This document shows, piece after piece, positions 49,485 to 62,600 of a DNA stretch of 64,000 bases. How positions within the stretch are numbered: position 1 is the stretch's first letter; each line of letters opens with the position of its first letter. The notes beneath the pieces are model-generated. The model saw only the letters and a program-made list of their open reading frames with translations. It ran no database searches and had not been told where the DNA came from. Made by a program: the position numbers and the translations under genes. Source of the stretch: Lama glama (lineage: Eukaryota); assembly GCA_028534125.1 (NCBI GenBank), contig CM052823.1, positions 1,116,001 through 1,180,000 of the forward strand, written 5' to 3'.

Positions 49485-49743
49485 CTGGGGTGAGGCAGGG
49501 GCCCGTCACTCTCTGAGGGAGGGCCAGGCGGGGCCAGGGAAGGGACGGGGGGTCGGGGTGCACCCTGCGGGGGCCCCGGCACAGCCGTGTGCTCCCTTGG
49601 CTGCAGGGAGGCCTGAGCGGCTGGCCACAAATCCCGGGGGACTGGGGTGCACAGGGTGAGTGGGCCCAGGAAGGGCCGTGCTGCCCAGAGCTGGCCAGCG
49701 CCCCCACCCACGGGCAGATCCCCAAGGGTAGGCAGGGGCTCAC

Positions 49744-49839
49744 CAGCTCCGCAAGCACCTGCAGGGCCTCCAGGTCCCCGGCATGGGCCGCAGCACAGGC
49801 CAGGCTGGGCGCCAGCATGTCCCGCACAGCATCGGCCTC
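49744..49839 (-). CDS. ASPG: ASPG exon 11 (EADAVRDMLAPSLACAAAHAGDLEALQVLAEL)
   Basis: cccag|GAG ... CTG|GTGAGC, 96 nt. Confidence 0.93.
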
Positions 49840-51210
49840 CTGGGTGGGGCAGCAACACCTTGGGACCCGTGCCTTTTCCTGGTGTCCTCAGCACCCTCAC
49901 AGGTCAGAAGGGCGAGGAGCAGCAGGGGGAAGGGTGGGCCAAGCAGGTGGGGCCCAGGAACCACAGGAATGCTGCTGGCCCCCACACCGCACTGGCAGTT
50001 GGTCCCAGGATGGGGTCCAGCCACCTCCTTAAGTGATCGCATGGGAAAAGAAAGAGCCTGAGTGCCACGCTGAGGCCCACCCAGGACCCCCACCCCTCAG
50101 AGCAAATTCCAGGCAGGAGATGAAGCCACGATCAGGCTCCAGCCTCACCAGCAGTGTGACCTGCCACCCACCCTCTGCGATGCGTCTCCACCACCATCGA
50201 GGATGTGGGGAGAGATCTAACAAGGCGCCCACCTGGGGCGGTGGGGAGGGGTCAGGAAGGGGTGCCTGGCCCCTTTCTGGAAGGAAGGGCCTGCTCCCCA
50301 CATCTGCACAAGTCCCCGCAGGGCCTCCTGCCCCAGCACTGGGAATTCCACGGGTTGTCTAAGAGCTCCCCAAGAGGCCAGAAGGCTGGGGGTCCCATCA
50401 GAGACCCCTGCCGGCAGCCTGCCACCAGGCACTGCGGCCAGCCCCGAGCACAAGACTGCTGCTGGCCGGCCTGCATCACTCAAGTCCCAACGGCCCAATG
50501 CTTCCCCCTTATGACAGGCCACACGCGCCTGACCACTGCCCACCCCTGGCAAGCAGGTTAACCTACCACAGCTCCCCAGGACAGGCTCGCCCCTACCCTC
50601 ACTCTTCAGGGGAAACAGGCAGGCAGCGTGACCCAGGGCAGCAGGGGACCAACAGCTCCTGCACTAGGTCCGGATGCTTTGCCCAAATGCCTGGTGCAGT
50701 GGGGGGAGGAGGGCACTGGGAGGCCTGATCCCCCTTGTGGGCCTGGCCCAGCTTGAATCCTAGACCCCTTCCTGGGCCGAGGCACCTTGGTCGAGGAGGT
50801 GAAGGAGGGCTCCTCGCCGTTCAGAGACTAGGAGACCCCAAAGCAGACACCCCTCTTCCTCTAGCACCCAGGATGGGCAGGGCACCCACGCCGCCTGAGA
50901 GCTCCCCTGTCACGAGGCAGCCCTGCACCACTGGGTGACCAGGCCACATTCTGTCCACCGTGAACCCACCACAAGGGCTCCTCTAAACCCACCCCCCCAC
51001 CCCTTTCCACATGCCGGGCCACCAATCCTTGCAAATCCTCCCTGCTGTGGCCTTGAGCCCTCCACCGGGGCCCAGGGCCAGGCCATGCCTGGTGCGTTTC
51101 TGCTCCTGCACCAGAATGTCCATGGCAGGGGCTAGCACCTAGCCTGTCCCTCAGGGGTCCACCGCCCAGGCCTCCTGCCACACCAGTACCCCTCACTGGA
51201 CCGTAAGTAC

Positions 51211-51327
51211 CTGGCTCAGACTGAGGAGCTGGGCAACCCCGCGGCTCAGTGCATTGCCCTGCACAGAGGACCAGAGCTCGTCCACTGCAGGCGGTGTCAT
51301 CTCCCCCCGAAGGTCCCTGACCAACAG
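51211..51327 (-). CDS. ASPG: ASPG exon 10 (LLVRDLRGEMTPPAVDELWSSVQGNALSRGVAQLLSLSQ)
   Basis: DLRGEMT motif marks the end of the asparaginase domain; cccag|CTG ... CAG|GTACTT, 117 nt. Confidence 0.92.
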
Positions 51328-51746
51328 CTGGGGACAAGTACACAGGGTACCAGGTCAGCTCTGCCAGGGCCAGGCCCAGCAGCCCAGGCACAGGGTGAGG
51401 GCTGCCCTGGGCCTGAACCTTCTCCATCCAGCTCCCTCCCTTGGGCCTGAGTGTGATCCCAGCCCGGCTCCCACACCAGCCCAGTCCTACCCTCCAGTCC
51501 TCCAGCTCAGGGTGTCCCAAGGCCCCAGTGGCCTCTGCTCAGCCCAAGGGTCCGGGGACAGCTGAGTCTGAGGCCAGCCTGGGAAATGTGGGGAGGGGAT
51601 ACCTGGGAGCAGCTTGGGGAGTCGCAGCCCGAGCCAGGCCCGGGCATGGGGCCAGCAATGGGCAGGGGGTGCCCACCATCCCTGCCCTCCTTCAAACCCA
51701 GGCTCACACCCCTAGGAATGGCCTCACCCTCTGCCAGGTCACGCAC

Positions 51747-51860
51747 CTCCTTCCTGCGGCTCAGGCCCAGCCCCGGCAGGCCCAGCACATAGGACAGCTT
51801 GGCCAAGGCCGCCTCTGAGGTCATGTCGAAGCCTGAGACAGTGCCAGCCCCCGCCATGGC
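51747..51860 (-). CDS. ASPG: ASPG exon 9 ([38 protein letters not shown])
   Basis: Asparaginase C-terminal motif [11 protein letters not shown]; cccag|GCC ... GAG|GTGCGT, 114 nt. Confidence 0.95.
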
Positions 51861-51955
51861 CTGGGGGAAGGAGGCACAGGTGGAAAGTGGGGCGAGGGGT
51901 CCCGGCCCAGGCCGCCCCTGCCCTCCCTCTCCAGGTCTGGGGGCCCCGCCCCCAC

Positions 51956-52138
51956 CACGCCAGCGCAGTAGTCTGAGGTGACGGCACCCTGAAGGCAATG
52001 GGTGCAGTTGACGATGACCAGGCCTCTCTCAGCCGCCGCCCGCAGCTCCCGAAGCAGGTCAGGCTTGGTGGGCCCGTTCCCTGAGCCGAAGGTCTCCAAG
52101 ACCACGCCCTTCAGAGGGGGCTGCAGGAAGGCCCTGAC
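51956..52138 (-). CDS. ASPG: ASPG exon 8 ([23 protein letters not shown]...DYCAGV)
   Basis: ETFGSGN motif; cacag|GTC ... GTG|GTGGGG, 183 nt. The donor could alternatively be 3 nt earlier. Confidence 0.93.
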
Positions 52139-54250
52139 CTGTGGGGGCCGGGAGGTGCCGGTGAGGCCTCTGCTTCCTGCTCTAGCAACAGAGACCAGCG
52201 GGCCACCCGCCAGGCTCCCCACCACATCCTCCCAAGGAGACACCCCATCCCCTTTGAAGCGTTCAGGCCGTGACAGGCAGGTAGTAATGAAAACACTGCG
52301 CAAATGCATCAGGGGCGGTCGCAGGGAGCCGCTGGAGATGAGAAAGGGCCATCAGAGGGTCCGGGCTGCTCCACCACTCCTCCCAGCCCCGTGGCCCTTC
52401 CACCCTGCCCCGACTGACGCACAACAGGTGATGCTTCGGGGAAAGGGCCTTGCAGCCAAACATGCATGCGGGGCTCTGTGCGCATCCCCAAGGTTCCAAG
52501 GCTGCACTCAGAAGAGAGAGGCCGGGGCCTGGGGTCCACCTCAAATGCCCCTGTGAGGACACCTGTTCCCCAGCTCAGCCGTGCCCTGTGTGGGCACTAG
52601 TGGGCACAGCCCAGAGGCCCCAGGGCCAATCGCTCTGTCTGTCCCTGAACCTGCTACACAGGTGGGAGCCCAGAGGCTAAGCCGCTGGCCTGGGGATGAC
52701 GCTTCTGTGCAGGCAGGAGCGTCCGCCTGTCTGGCTGTCCCCCTCGGAGCCCTCATCCCTCATCAGAACTGCCATCAGCTCCCTCTGTTTCTCCAGGTAG
52801 AAGCCAAAGTGAAAGCACACCTGTTCCTGGCAGGCCCCAGGGAACAGGGAGGCTGGACACAAGGACCACGGCTGGCCAACTCGCCACCAGCAGGCCCTGT
52901 CCCAACGGCCCAGGAGCCTCGGAGACCAGCAACTGCTAGCCCGCTAGCCCCCATTAAGTGAACCCCCCAGGGGCCGGACAGCTCCAGGATGTTCTAGAAA
53001 GACTTCACAGACCAGCATGATTTTTCCAGACAGATCCTGTACATCTCAGCCCCGCTTAACATGGCGGCCTCATGCAGTGGCCTCTGGCTGCTACACCTCA
53101 TGAGACCCTGCATGTGGGCTCCCTGTCTAGCAGCTCCTGGGACAGCTCTCCTCTGCAAGGCCAGTCCTCACCAGGGCACACCTCCAACACACCCCTTCCT
53201 GTCCCATTGCAGCTCCAGCCAGGAGCTGTCCTCACAAGGCTGCTGTGACCCAGGGGGACCAGGCAACCCAGCCTCGGCACCCTCCACAGCCCGCCTCCCA
53301 CTCTGCGGGTCTCTGGCCATCACAGGCCCCCAGCCACGGCAGGAAGGCCATGTGCCCAGTCGTGCCTCTGCCTGTCTGTGGGGGGCTGGGGTCCCAGGAG
53401 CATGTGGCCCCCACCATGGCTCCCAGAACAGTGTCCAGGACCATCTCTGGGCTGGTCCCGGGCCCTGTTAAGGCTGTGTTTGCCGGAACAATACAGCCCC
53501 AGCCCTTCCTACCTGGCCTCCCACAGCACGTGGTCACCTCTCTCACTCCCCCAAACACTGCAGAAGGCCTGTCCTGTGAGGCCCCAAGGGACGTGTGGAG
53601 GACAGCCCACCCCGTCTGTTCCCAGCGCCTGGGGAGGGGAGCTGGCACCAGTTCATAGACTACGGCCCAGGGGTTAAGGGCAGCTTGGTGCCAGGTTCTG
53701 GTGGGGCCAGGCCACCCTGTCTGTGGGGACGCGCCTGGGAAGCCACGTCTGTCCAACTAGAAGAGGGAGCTGCAGGGCCCGCTGGTCACACCCTGAGGCC
53801 AGCGTGCTGAGCTGTGGTGCCCGCCGCCCCATCTCCCTGCAGCCCGGCACTGCCTCTGAGCCCAGCGCCCACAGCCTGCTCTCAGCTCCGGCGCCGCGCT
53901 CACCTGGGAGCCGCTATCCAGCGGGCAGCATAGTGTCTGAGCCCAACTCACAAGGCAGGACGGAAGCAGGTGCTATGTCTGCCCCAGGGACAGCTGGTGG
54001 CTGAAGGGCTGAGAGGGACCACCAGAGCAGCCCCGAGAAGCAGCAGGGACTGGGGCCTCACTCCATCGGCCTCAGAGGAACTGCCAGACCAGGCGTCCTG
54101 AGCCCACGGACGTCACCGGGACAAGCCCGTGTCACAAATGAGTGAGATGGCCCCGAAGCCTTGGCTGAGGCCGGGGAGGGGGTGTAGGGCTCAGCCTCGT
54201 GGGCGGGGAGGGGACATGAAGGGGCAGGAAGGGAGGGGCCGAGGGCCTAC

Positions 54251-54363
54251 CAGAGGGGCGGGGATCCCAGGGTACAGGCGCAGCAAGCCCACGTCGTGCT
54301 CCACGCTGCTGTGGACCATCAGCCGGCCCTTCCCGCCGGCCCTGCGCACCAGCTCCCGGTTGA
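54251..54363 (-). CDS. ASPG: ASPG exon 7 ([37 protein letters not shown])
   Basis: cacag|TC ... CTG|GTAGGC, 113 nt, phase 1 to 0. Confidence 0.94.
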
Positions 54364-57300
54364 CTGTGTGGACACAGGGACAGAGGGACTGAGGGCGATC
54401 CTTCACGCCCTCTGCCAGCAACCCCCCAGCCAGTTCCACCAGCCCTCTCTGAGCCACTTGGCCCGGCCTCCCACTGGCATCTCCGGAGCCCCAAGCCCTC
54501 ACACGGTCCCTGGCCCTCCTCCAGCCTGAGCCCATCTCCATGGTGGGCGTGGGCTTCAGGGGAAAAGGACCCTGCAGGGACAGGACAGAGGCCGCCTGGG
54601 CCTCGCAGGCTGCACGGGTGTGGGGAGAGGGGAGGTGGAGGAAGGGCATTCCGGGCAGAGGGAACAGCATGCCCAAAGGCTCGGAAGCACAGCAGACGTG
54701 GCAGAGCTGTGGAACGGCAGGCTGCTGTCCTGGACGCCAGCAGCCGTCAGGGCGGCATTCTCTGACCACTTGGCCTCACATACCTCTGACTAGGCACTTC
54801 CCACGGTCACAACCCAGAGAGTCAATGAATGAGTGAGTTACCCGGATCCCTCCTCTTGGGGAAAGAAAGCCTCCATTTCATTCACCCCGAAGTCTGAGGC
54901 TTAACGTGAGTGCAGCCCTCTCCCCAGGGTGGCTCCCAGGCCCCATGGAAAGTAGAAAGGGGACATCACTTGAGGTCAGGGCCCACCACGCAGAGAGCTG
55001 CCCTGAGGGGCAGGCTGCCCAGGAGTCTGTGGGCGCCTGGCTACCAGAGGCCTCCCCACCCTCGTGTCCCACTCTTGGGCAGGGGACAGCGGGCTAGGCA
55101 GCGGGCCTGGCTTTGACCCTCAGGAGCCGGGAGCTCTCAGCCCCTCGCACTCGGCAGCCTTGAGCGGGCAGAGGCTGTCGTGGGGTCTATGGACCCCCTG
55201 GTCCAGCCCAGGGGAACCGAGGCCAAGAGAGAGAAAGAGCTTTGCCCGAGGCTGCCCAGAGGTGGGTGCAGAGCCCGGAGGAGGCGGGGGCTCCAGGACC
55301 CCAGCTCAGGGCTTCTCCACCCCCACCCAGCCCTGCGGGAGGCATGAGCCTGCGGGCCTCCTGCTATTCCCACCGGAGAAACACTTGTGTGACGATAAGC
55401 AGAGGGACGTTCTGGACACAGGCCGCCCTCACCCGGGGAGCTGGACAAGTGGAGCTGCGGGGTGCTGGGGGATGGGCCTCGGGGGCGGGTGGCCTCAGCA
55501 TAGGTCAGCAGTGAGGCACCCTTCAGTTTAGGGCCCTGTGTCCCAGCTGGGCGAGCAGATGAGACAGCAGTGGTGGGAGCGCTGTCACCAGCCAGGAGTT
55601 ACGGCCGCAGAGGGGCTCAGAGACAAAGAGGGCCTGCGCCCCCCACATGGCCAGCCCATCCCCCTGAGAGCCCATGGAATCCCGTGCTCCTGCCTGGGCC
55701 TGGGGACATCAGGGAACCGCTGTCCCCGTGCAGACAGGCCAAGGGAGGAGAGAGGGCAGCAGGAGGCACGCGGTGGCCAGGAGAGCTCCCTGCCCCGAAG
55801 TCAGTGCTGCAGGAGGCAGCAGACTGGCTTCAGGGCCATGCGGCCGAACCCACGCACCAGGGACCTGGGTCCCCTGAGGCCTGTGTGACTGCACACACCT
55901 CGGTTACCCGGGGAAGGGCAAGGCCAAGGGGCCAGGTTCCCAACACAACCACGCACCCCTCCTCGCCCGGCTCAGCTCCCCCTCCTGAGCCCGAGCCCCT
56001 GGCCTGTAAAGGCGTCACGGAAGGCAGTAAAAATGCAACAGAAAGTGGTGAGAGGGCCCCCGACTGCCCCAGAGGCGGTGCCATCGCCAGCTGCCCATGA
56101 GGGCGGGGGTACATCCGCGACCTCAGGTGGCCCCGCAGCCCCTGTAGCCCCTCTCCAGAGGCCCCCCGGCCACACCCTGGGCTGAGCCTGGTATTTCTCA
56201 ACACCAGGTGTCCTAACTGGCCTGGCGCCTGACAGCAGAGCTGGGGAGGGCGGGGCTGAAGGTTCCCACACACCGCTCAGGCACCCTGGCCAGGGGGAAC
56301 AGCCCTGGGGGGCCGTGGGCCAGGGGTCCCAGGGTGGCCTCTCCCCTGGGGGCCAGCCTCAGCCCCTCACCCACCCGGCTGCCGGGCCGGCCTGCACAGG
56401 CATGCTCTGGGCCTCGAGGCCTGCCTGGGCATGGCACCGGCAGAGGCCTGGGGATCCAGGGGGAACTCCTCCGCACCTGCCAGCAGGCTGCGTCCCTGGA
56501 AGCTCCACTCTGAGCTCCAGATAAGGCATGTCTCAGTCCCCACAGGGGAGGCGGGCCTGCAGAGCAGTGTCTCCTTCCTCGGCTGGCTGGCCCCCGGGAA
56601 GGAAGCTGACACCCTCTGCCAGCACCAGCACACGTGCCACCTCTGCTGGGAAGCCCTCCTGACTGCTCTGGCCTTCATAAAACAAGTGGACCCCTGCCTG
56701 GTCCCCAGAACCCTAGGCCTCTGGGCGTGCCACACATGCTTTAGATGCATTGATGTGTTCAAGGCCTTACAACCACCCCCCCCGGGAGTACTGGGCAAGC
56801 AGGGTGTGTGAGTAGGGGCGGTCAGTGCAGGGCAAGACCCCCAGGATGACGGCAGGGCTCAGGACCGCAACACCGCCCTGTGTGGTCCTTCCACTCTATG
56901 CCTCAGTTTCCCACCCTGTGGTCTCCTCCTGCCCTGGCCAGCTATGGCCGCACTACCACCTGGCAGAAGGTCCCACCTGCCACCATTCCCACATCCGTGT
57001 GTCCTACTGGGACCCGAAGGCACGAGAGGCTTTCAAGTTACATGACCACCCCACCTGACCCTGGAAAGGGCCGGCTGCACGGACAGCTCTGGCCCTCCCG
57101 CCAGAGCCCCTCAGCGCTCCCCGTCCTCACTGACGCCTTCCAGAAAGGTCCCGCCCTGTAGTCCCTTCCCACCCTGGTCCTGGAGAACCTGAGAGTCCCT
57201 GCCTCCATGAGGACATCCCAGGAAGCCGCGCTTCTAAAAGGTCAAGGCCCTGGCGGCCCACAGCCCACCCCCCCCCCAGGTCCCGCTGTGTCCCCTGGTC

Positions 57301-58232
57301 TCCTGCTGCACCTGAAGACCCCAAAGGGCTGTTCTCGTGCTGGCCCCCAGAACTACACCTTGGGCTCCCACGGGCCCTGACGGGCTCTGCCAGGACCTGG
57401 AGCCCCCCAGAAGGGTCCCTGGGACAGGGTCTCACAGCTGGAGGGGAGGGGACAGACGCCCAGGCCCAGCAACACCAGCCCCAGGACCCCCGGCTCTGTC
57501 AGGAGGAGACACAGGGCAGGTGTGGGGGTGGCGCTGAGACAGCAGGGCCACTGCAGCGAACATGTCCATCACAGAAAGAGCCTCCTGCCTGCCCTGGGGA
57601 GGGAGGCCAGGTGCCAAGTGGGGGTCACAGGGGCTGACTGTGCCCACCGTGGGGCCGGAGACACACAGGAGAGCAGATATCCTGGGTGGAGTGACTCCCC
57701 ATGGCCACGAGGGCAGACTGAGTCAGACGAGGCCGGAGGCAGGTCCTGTGCATGGGCCAGTGCAGGGTGGAAGGGTCTCTCCAGGGGTACCCACCACCCA
57801 CTGGAGACCTCGGTCAGCCCCACGATGGGGGCTGGGCTACCTGCCAGGCCCGGGGGACAGAGACTTCCCCCGGGAATTCCCAGGGACAAGGCTGCACCAC
57901 AGGAACCACATCCCAGGGAGACCAAGGTGAGTGGCAGAGCCATGGATGGTCACTGAGAGGGGCTAGTGGGCCCGGGGCCACATGGCCTGGGAGGGGACAC
58001 TCGAGAGAGAGAGGCTGATCCCCCAAACGTGCTCCTCACCGAGCACGATTCCCTGGCTCTGAGCTGAGCCTCCCACCTCTGAGGCCCATGCAGCCCACCC
58101 TTTCTGAGCAGCGGCCCCACTCTGGCTTCTCCACAGCCCAGGGCAGTGCCCATCCCAGCGCAGCACCCACAGCCCCTGAACACCTACATGACCCGGGGCA
58201 GGCACCCTCGTCGGCTGGCCCTGCTCACTCAC

Positions 58233-58359
58233 TCGTGACGTCAGCACCCACGATGGCCAGAGGGGGCAGGTTGGGGGAGCAGAAGGCTGCGAACCTGCGC
58301 GTGTCCACCTTGGTCACTCGGTTGCCCCGAAACAGCTGATTCTGGAAGAACAGGCAGAC
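58233..58359 (-). CDS. ASPG: ASPG exon 6 ([42 protein letters not shown])
   Basis: RGNRxTK and AFxSPN asparaginase motifs; cacag|GTC ... A|GTGAGT, 127 nt. Confidence 0.95.
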
Positions 58360-59073
58360 CTGTGGGAGGGGAGGGTGGCTCAGCGCTGGGGAGCCCCTGC
58401 CCCCTGCGGCTTCCTCCTTATGGACCAGGCAGCGCCCGCAGCTGGAGCCCTCACTACCCTGCGGCCCGTCTCTGAGCTGCTCCCCTGGGGAGGAGCAGCT
58501 CCTGGCCCACGGCAGGGAGACAGGACCTGAGCTGCACTCCAGCGAAGCCCCGTCCCCAGGGCGGCTCCTCTCCCTGTCCCCTGCGACGGGAGGGGGACCT
58601 TCTAAACGGCTTCCTGGGCCACCACGTGACGGAAAGACGGTGAAAAGGGAAAAAGCCCACCCCAGACGATGCTCCGCGCAGCCTGTTTATGGAAACTTAC
58701 ACACACGTGTACACGACATAAATAAACACGTGCCACATCACGTCTGCAACCTCACTTAAGTAAGTGCGCATGCATCACGCGCACGCGTGGTCCGGAAGGA
58801 GCGCCCCACTGGCAGCAGCGCGCTCTCTGGGGCGGGAGAGGCAGTGGCGTCCTCGCCACTCCCCTGTTTTCTCCGGCGATGGTGTCTCTCACTCTCAAGG
58901 TGAAAGACGAGTCTTTAAACCCTGCCAGACCCCTCACCTGCAGGCCCTACCTGAGCACCACACCCTCGGGCCCCCCCCCAGGTTCTTGGGAGCATGCAGG
59001 CGCCCCTACCCACCGCTGGACCCAGGACACAGGCCAGGCCCACCCACTCGGCCAGAGGGGAGGAGGGTGGTAC

Positions 59074-59157
59074 CTCGGGGATCACGTACTGGCCGGCCAG
59101 GAGCAGAGCACCCAGAAGGTTCTCACGGCCATCGTTCCAAAGGGCATGGATGGGCAC
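59074..59157 (-). CDS. ASPG: ASPG exon 5 ([28 protein letters not shown])
   Basis: cccag|GTG ... GAG|GTACCA, 84 nt. Confidence 0.95.
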
Positions 59158-60667
59158 CTGGGGAGAGGCCACGGAGAGGGGCTGAGGCTCAGGCAGCAGG
59201 GAGGGACCCAGCGGTGGAGCCCAGGCAGGGGTCCGGGAGGGGGGCGGGGCAGGCCCAGGCTCGTGGGCGGCCTGGGAGACGGGGGTCTCCAGGGACCTCC
59301 GCTCAGGGGGCAGCTCCTGCTGGCCAGACCAGCCTGGCCCAGCCCAGCCCCTCTGCTCCCTGTGCGGGCCCCAGTGCCTAGTGCTGGAGGCCATGCCCCT
59401 CACTGGGGGGAGCACACATTGGGCCTCACTGCTGCCCAGCCCACCTCCCCAGCCCCAAGGGCACTGAGGCCCACCCGTGGGCACGGCCAGGCAGAGGGCG
59501 GCCAAGGAGTGACGGCGGGTGGGTGTGACAGTCAGAAGTCCCATCCAGGGCATCCAAGCAGCAGTCACAGACCTACCCCCATGTCCACCATGGGGGCCGA
59601 TGTCCAGGGTGAATGACCAGTACCCAGCTCCCCACCACCCTGCCCAGGATGGTGGAAACTGGCTGGACTGCCGTGGGGTGTGCGGAGGGGCTGGCAGATC
59701 AGCAGACAACGGTCAGCACAAGGCCCCAGAGAGGAGGCCATGCCTCAGCATCCCCCAGGGTGTAACCGGGGTGAGGCTGCTCCGTCAGGCCAGGGCGAGG
59801 GTTCGAAAAACATGACCACGACCCTTCCTGAGGCCGGCCGTGCTCCCAGACCTGCCCTTCGTCCCTTGATAGAGGCCAGAAAGGTGACCTGCGCCCAGGG
59901 GCTCGGGAGGGTCTAGGAAGAGCCAGGGTCAGCCTGGCTTGAGCCCTCCACCTGAGCTCCGAGCAACTGGGTGTGTGTGGTGAGCCCCGGGCCTTCCCTG
60001 AGTGGGGACAGCCCCGCTGTGACACCCACTGGGGGACCAGGCACAGAGCAGGGCAGGCTGCTGGGTCGGCACCCAACAGAACTTCCCAGAGCCTCTACCA
60101 GAACTTTTCAAAGGGACACGGGCACTGGCTTCTCATGCAAAGGCCTCAGCCTCTGGGCACTGGGGAAGGCTTTCCAGGGGCCCAGGTGGGGCTGGCCCAG
60201 TGGTGTGGGGTTTGCATGTCTGCAGCTGCAGGCAATGGGGACTCCAAGGCAGCCTCTGATACAGGCCCTGACGGGGGTCCAGACTTCCCCTGCCACCTCA
60301 CCCCAAATCCAGCAGTTTTCTAGAACATTCCACCTGCTGGCTTTGGGGATTGTGCTGGGTCAGGGTGAGAGGGGACGGGGTGGCATGTGCCCAGGTCGGT
60401 GGGAACCACAGTGGAAAGATGAAGAGAGGGTCAAAGGCCAGGCCCTGCACAAGGCCGACAGCAGCCTGCGGGCCAGCGCCCAGGGTGGCGGGGCTGGCAC
60501 CAGGCAGGACCAAGGCGCTGCCAGCACCGGCCAGCTCAGGCGAAGCAGGAACCACCTCGTGGAGCCGCAGGACTAAGGAAGAGCCCAGGGTCCTGCCTGC
60601 ACCAGCAGCTGTGCTGACCGGCCCTACGGCGCCAGGAGGCCCTGCCTACATGGGCCTGGGACGTTAC

Positions 60668-60793
60668 CTGGGCACCAGTGAGGATAATGGTTTTCTGCAG
60701 GTTTTCCAGCACGAAGGAGAGCACAGAGGCGGCGAAGGCCATGGTGTCGGTGCCGTGGATGACCACAAAGCCGTCGTACTGCGCATAGTGTCT
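60668..60793 (-). CDS. ASPG: ASPG exon 4 with catalytic HGTDT motif ([23 protein letters not shown]...ILTGAQ)
   Basis: L-asparaginase active-site signature [11 protein letters not shown]; tgcag|AGA ... CAG|GTAACG, 126 nt. Confidence 0.97.
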
Positions 60794-62488
60794 CTGCAGG
60801 AGATGGCAGGCTCAGGCAGGTCCAGCCTGCCCCACTGCTGGCCTCCTCCTGGGCAGACACTGGTCCCCTCCACCACCAAGAAGAGGAAGGAAGGGCCCCA
60901 CACCCAGCTGGAGGGACTCGAGGAGGTGCCAGAGGGCCCCTGGTCACTGGTGGCCGGTAAGGGCCTCTGGAAACGGAGCCCCTGCCTGGGGTCCCCGTCC
61001 CCATGCTCTCTCTGACCCCTCGTGTGAGCCTGAGGTCTCCCCACGACACCCCTCACCTACGGAAGAACTCAGGTCGGGGTCTCTGGATGGTCTTAACCCG
61101 AGGATGGGAAGGTCTCCCCCAGGATGCCCACTCTGGGCTCCCGAGCACACTGGTCAGCTGGAGGACTGTGCTGGGACTCAGCTCCGTGCTCCAGGAGGGC
61201 CCCTTGCAGAGTGACTGCTGCCTCCAGGACAGCAGGGGCTGCGGGGAGAGCAAGCCCACCAGCCTCTCTCTCGGTCCAGTGGGAGGGCCAGGCGTGGAAA
61301 CAGCACCGGCACGAGGTGCAGCCAGCGCTGGGAGGCGGCCAGGATGCTGGCAGGCAAACACAAGGAAGGGTCCCTCCAAGCACGGCCAGAAGGCCTCCCA
61401 GCCAGCTCTGCATAGGCATCCTCCGGCCACCGCCTCCTAGAGGGCAGCTGGCTTGGGCCGTCATTTCGGGGGCACAGTTCTGGGAGCCAAGGGGACCTGA
61501 GGAGACCAATTCTTATGGTCCATTGAAAGGCCAAGCCAGGCAGGCTGGAACTGCAGGGTAGCGGAGCCAAGCGGCGGGCTGGGGCGCCCTCTGCTGGCCA
61601 CACATGGCACAGGAGCAGTCAGGGCCGCCCAGGCTGCAGGGACCCTTTGTGAGTCTGCAGGTGGCGGGACCCTGCCCCCAGGACCCTTTGGGATCAGGCC
61701 CCACCCAGGGGATGCTGCTGGCCACAAGCCAGGGAGACTGCCCCAGAGGATGGCTGGACATGCCCACTGGCACCCAGTGGCCCCACTCTGAGACATAAGG
61801 GCCAGGCCCCAGGCCACAGGTTGTCCTGGGTGATCACAGTGAGAGGGGATGATGCCCAGGAAGCTGTTCTCCCCCAGGCAGAAGGAGACAAGCGTGTGAC
61901 TGGGGCCAGCCCCCAGCTGCCAGGAAGGGAGGCTTGTGTGACCAGCCTCTGGGGCACAGGGTTTCTTAAGGGAGGAAGGTGGGAAGTGGGCCTGGAGGGG
62001 GTGGGAGAGCCCCCACCTCTGGGAGGCAGTCGAGGTAACTCGAGCACAGGGCCAGGCTCGTGCAGGTTGGGGTGCAGCGGGGATGAGAGAGAAAAGCTGA
62101 TGGTAAGGGGGTGGCTTTGGCCTCAGGTAAGGCAGCCACATTGTAAACCACGAGACCTTCCCGGGCTTCTGTGCCCCAAATCTACCAAGGCTGCAGCTTT
62201 AGGGTGGGCGTGGGGTGGACAGAGCAGGGGTGGGCCAGGCACAGAGCTCGTCCGTCTGCAGGGACGCACTGCACACTCAGCCTGGGATACTCACTGGGAC
62301 AAACTAACTGTTTAAACACATCAAGACAGTCGTCCGGGCCCTTCCCTCGCCGGAAAAGGGGACATGGCCCTCGCTGCCCTGCCTCCACTCCACTGGCACG
62401 GGAGAAAGGGCCTCGGGAGCCTTGCTGCTGAGGTGAGACCCGCCCACCTCCTAGCCACCCCCATGCTGCGCCCACACCCCCCAGCTAC

Positions 62489-62600
62489 CTCGATGGTCTG
62501 GGCAATCTGAACCCACTCAGCGATGGTCATGTCACTGGAGTCGAAGAGGGGCTGGCACTCCAGCACTGTGTAGACGACCCTCTGGCCGGGGCTGGCAGGT
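62489..62600 (-). CDS. ASPG: ASPG exon 3 ([37 protein letters not shown])
   Basis: DSSDM substrate-binding motif; cgcag|A ... GAG|GTAGCT, 112 nt. Confidence 0.95.
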
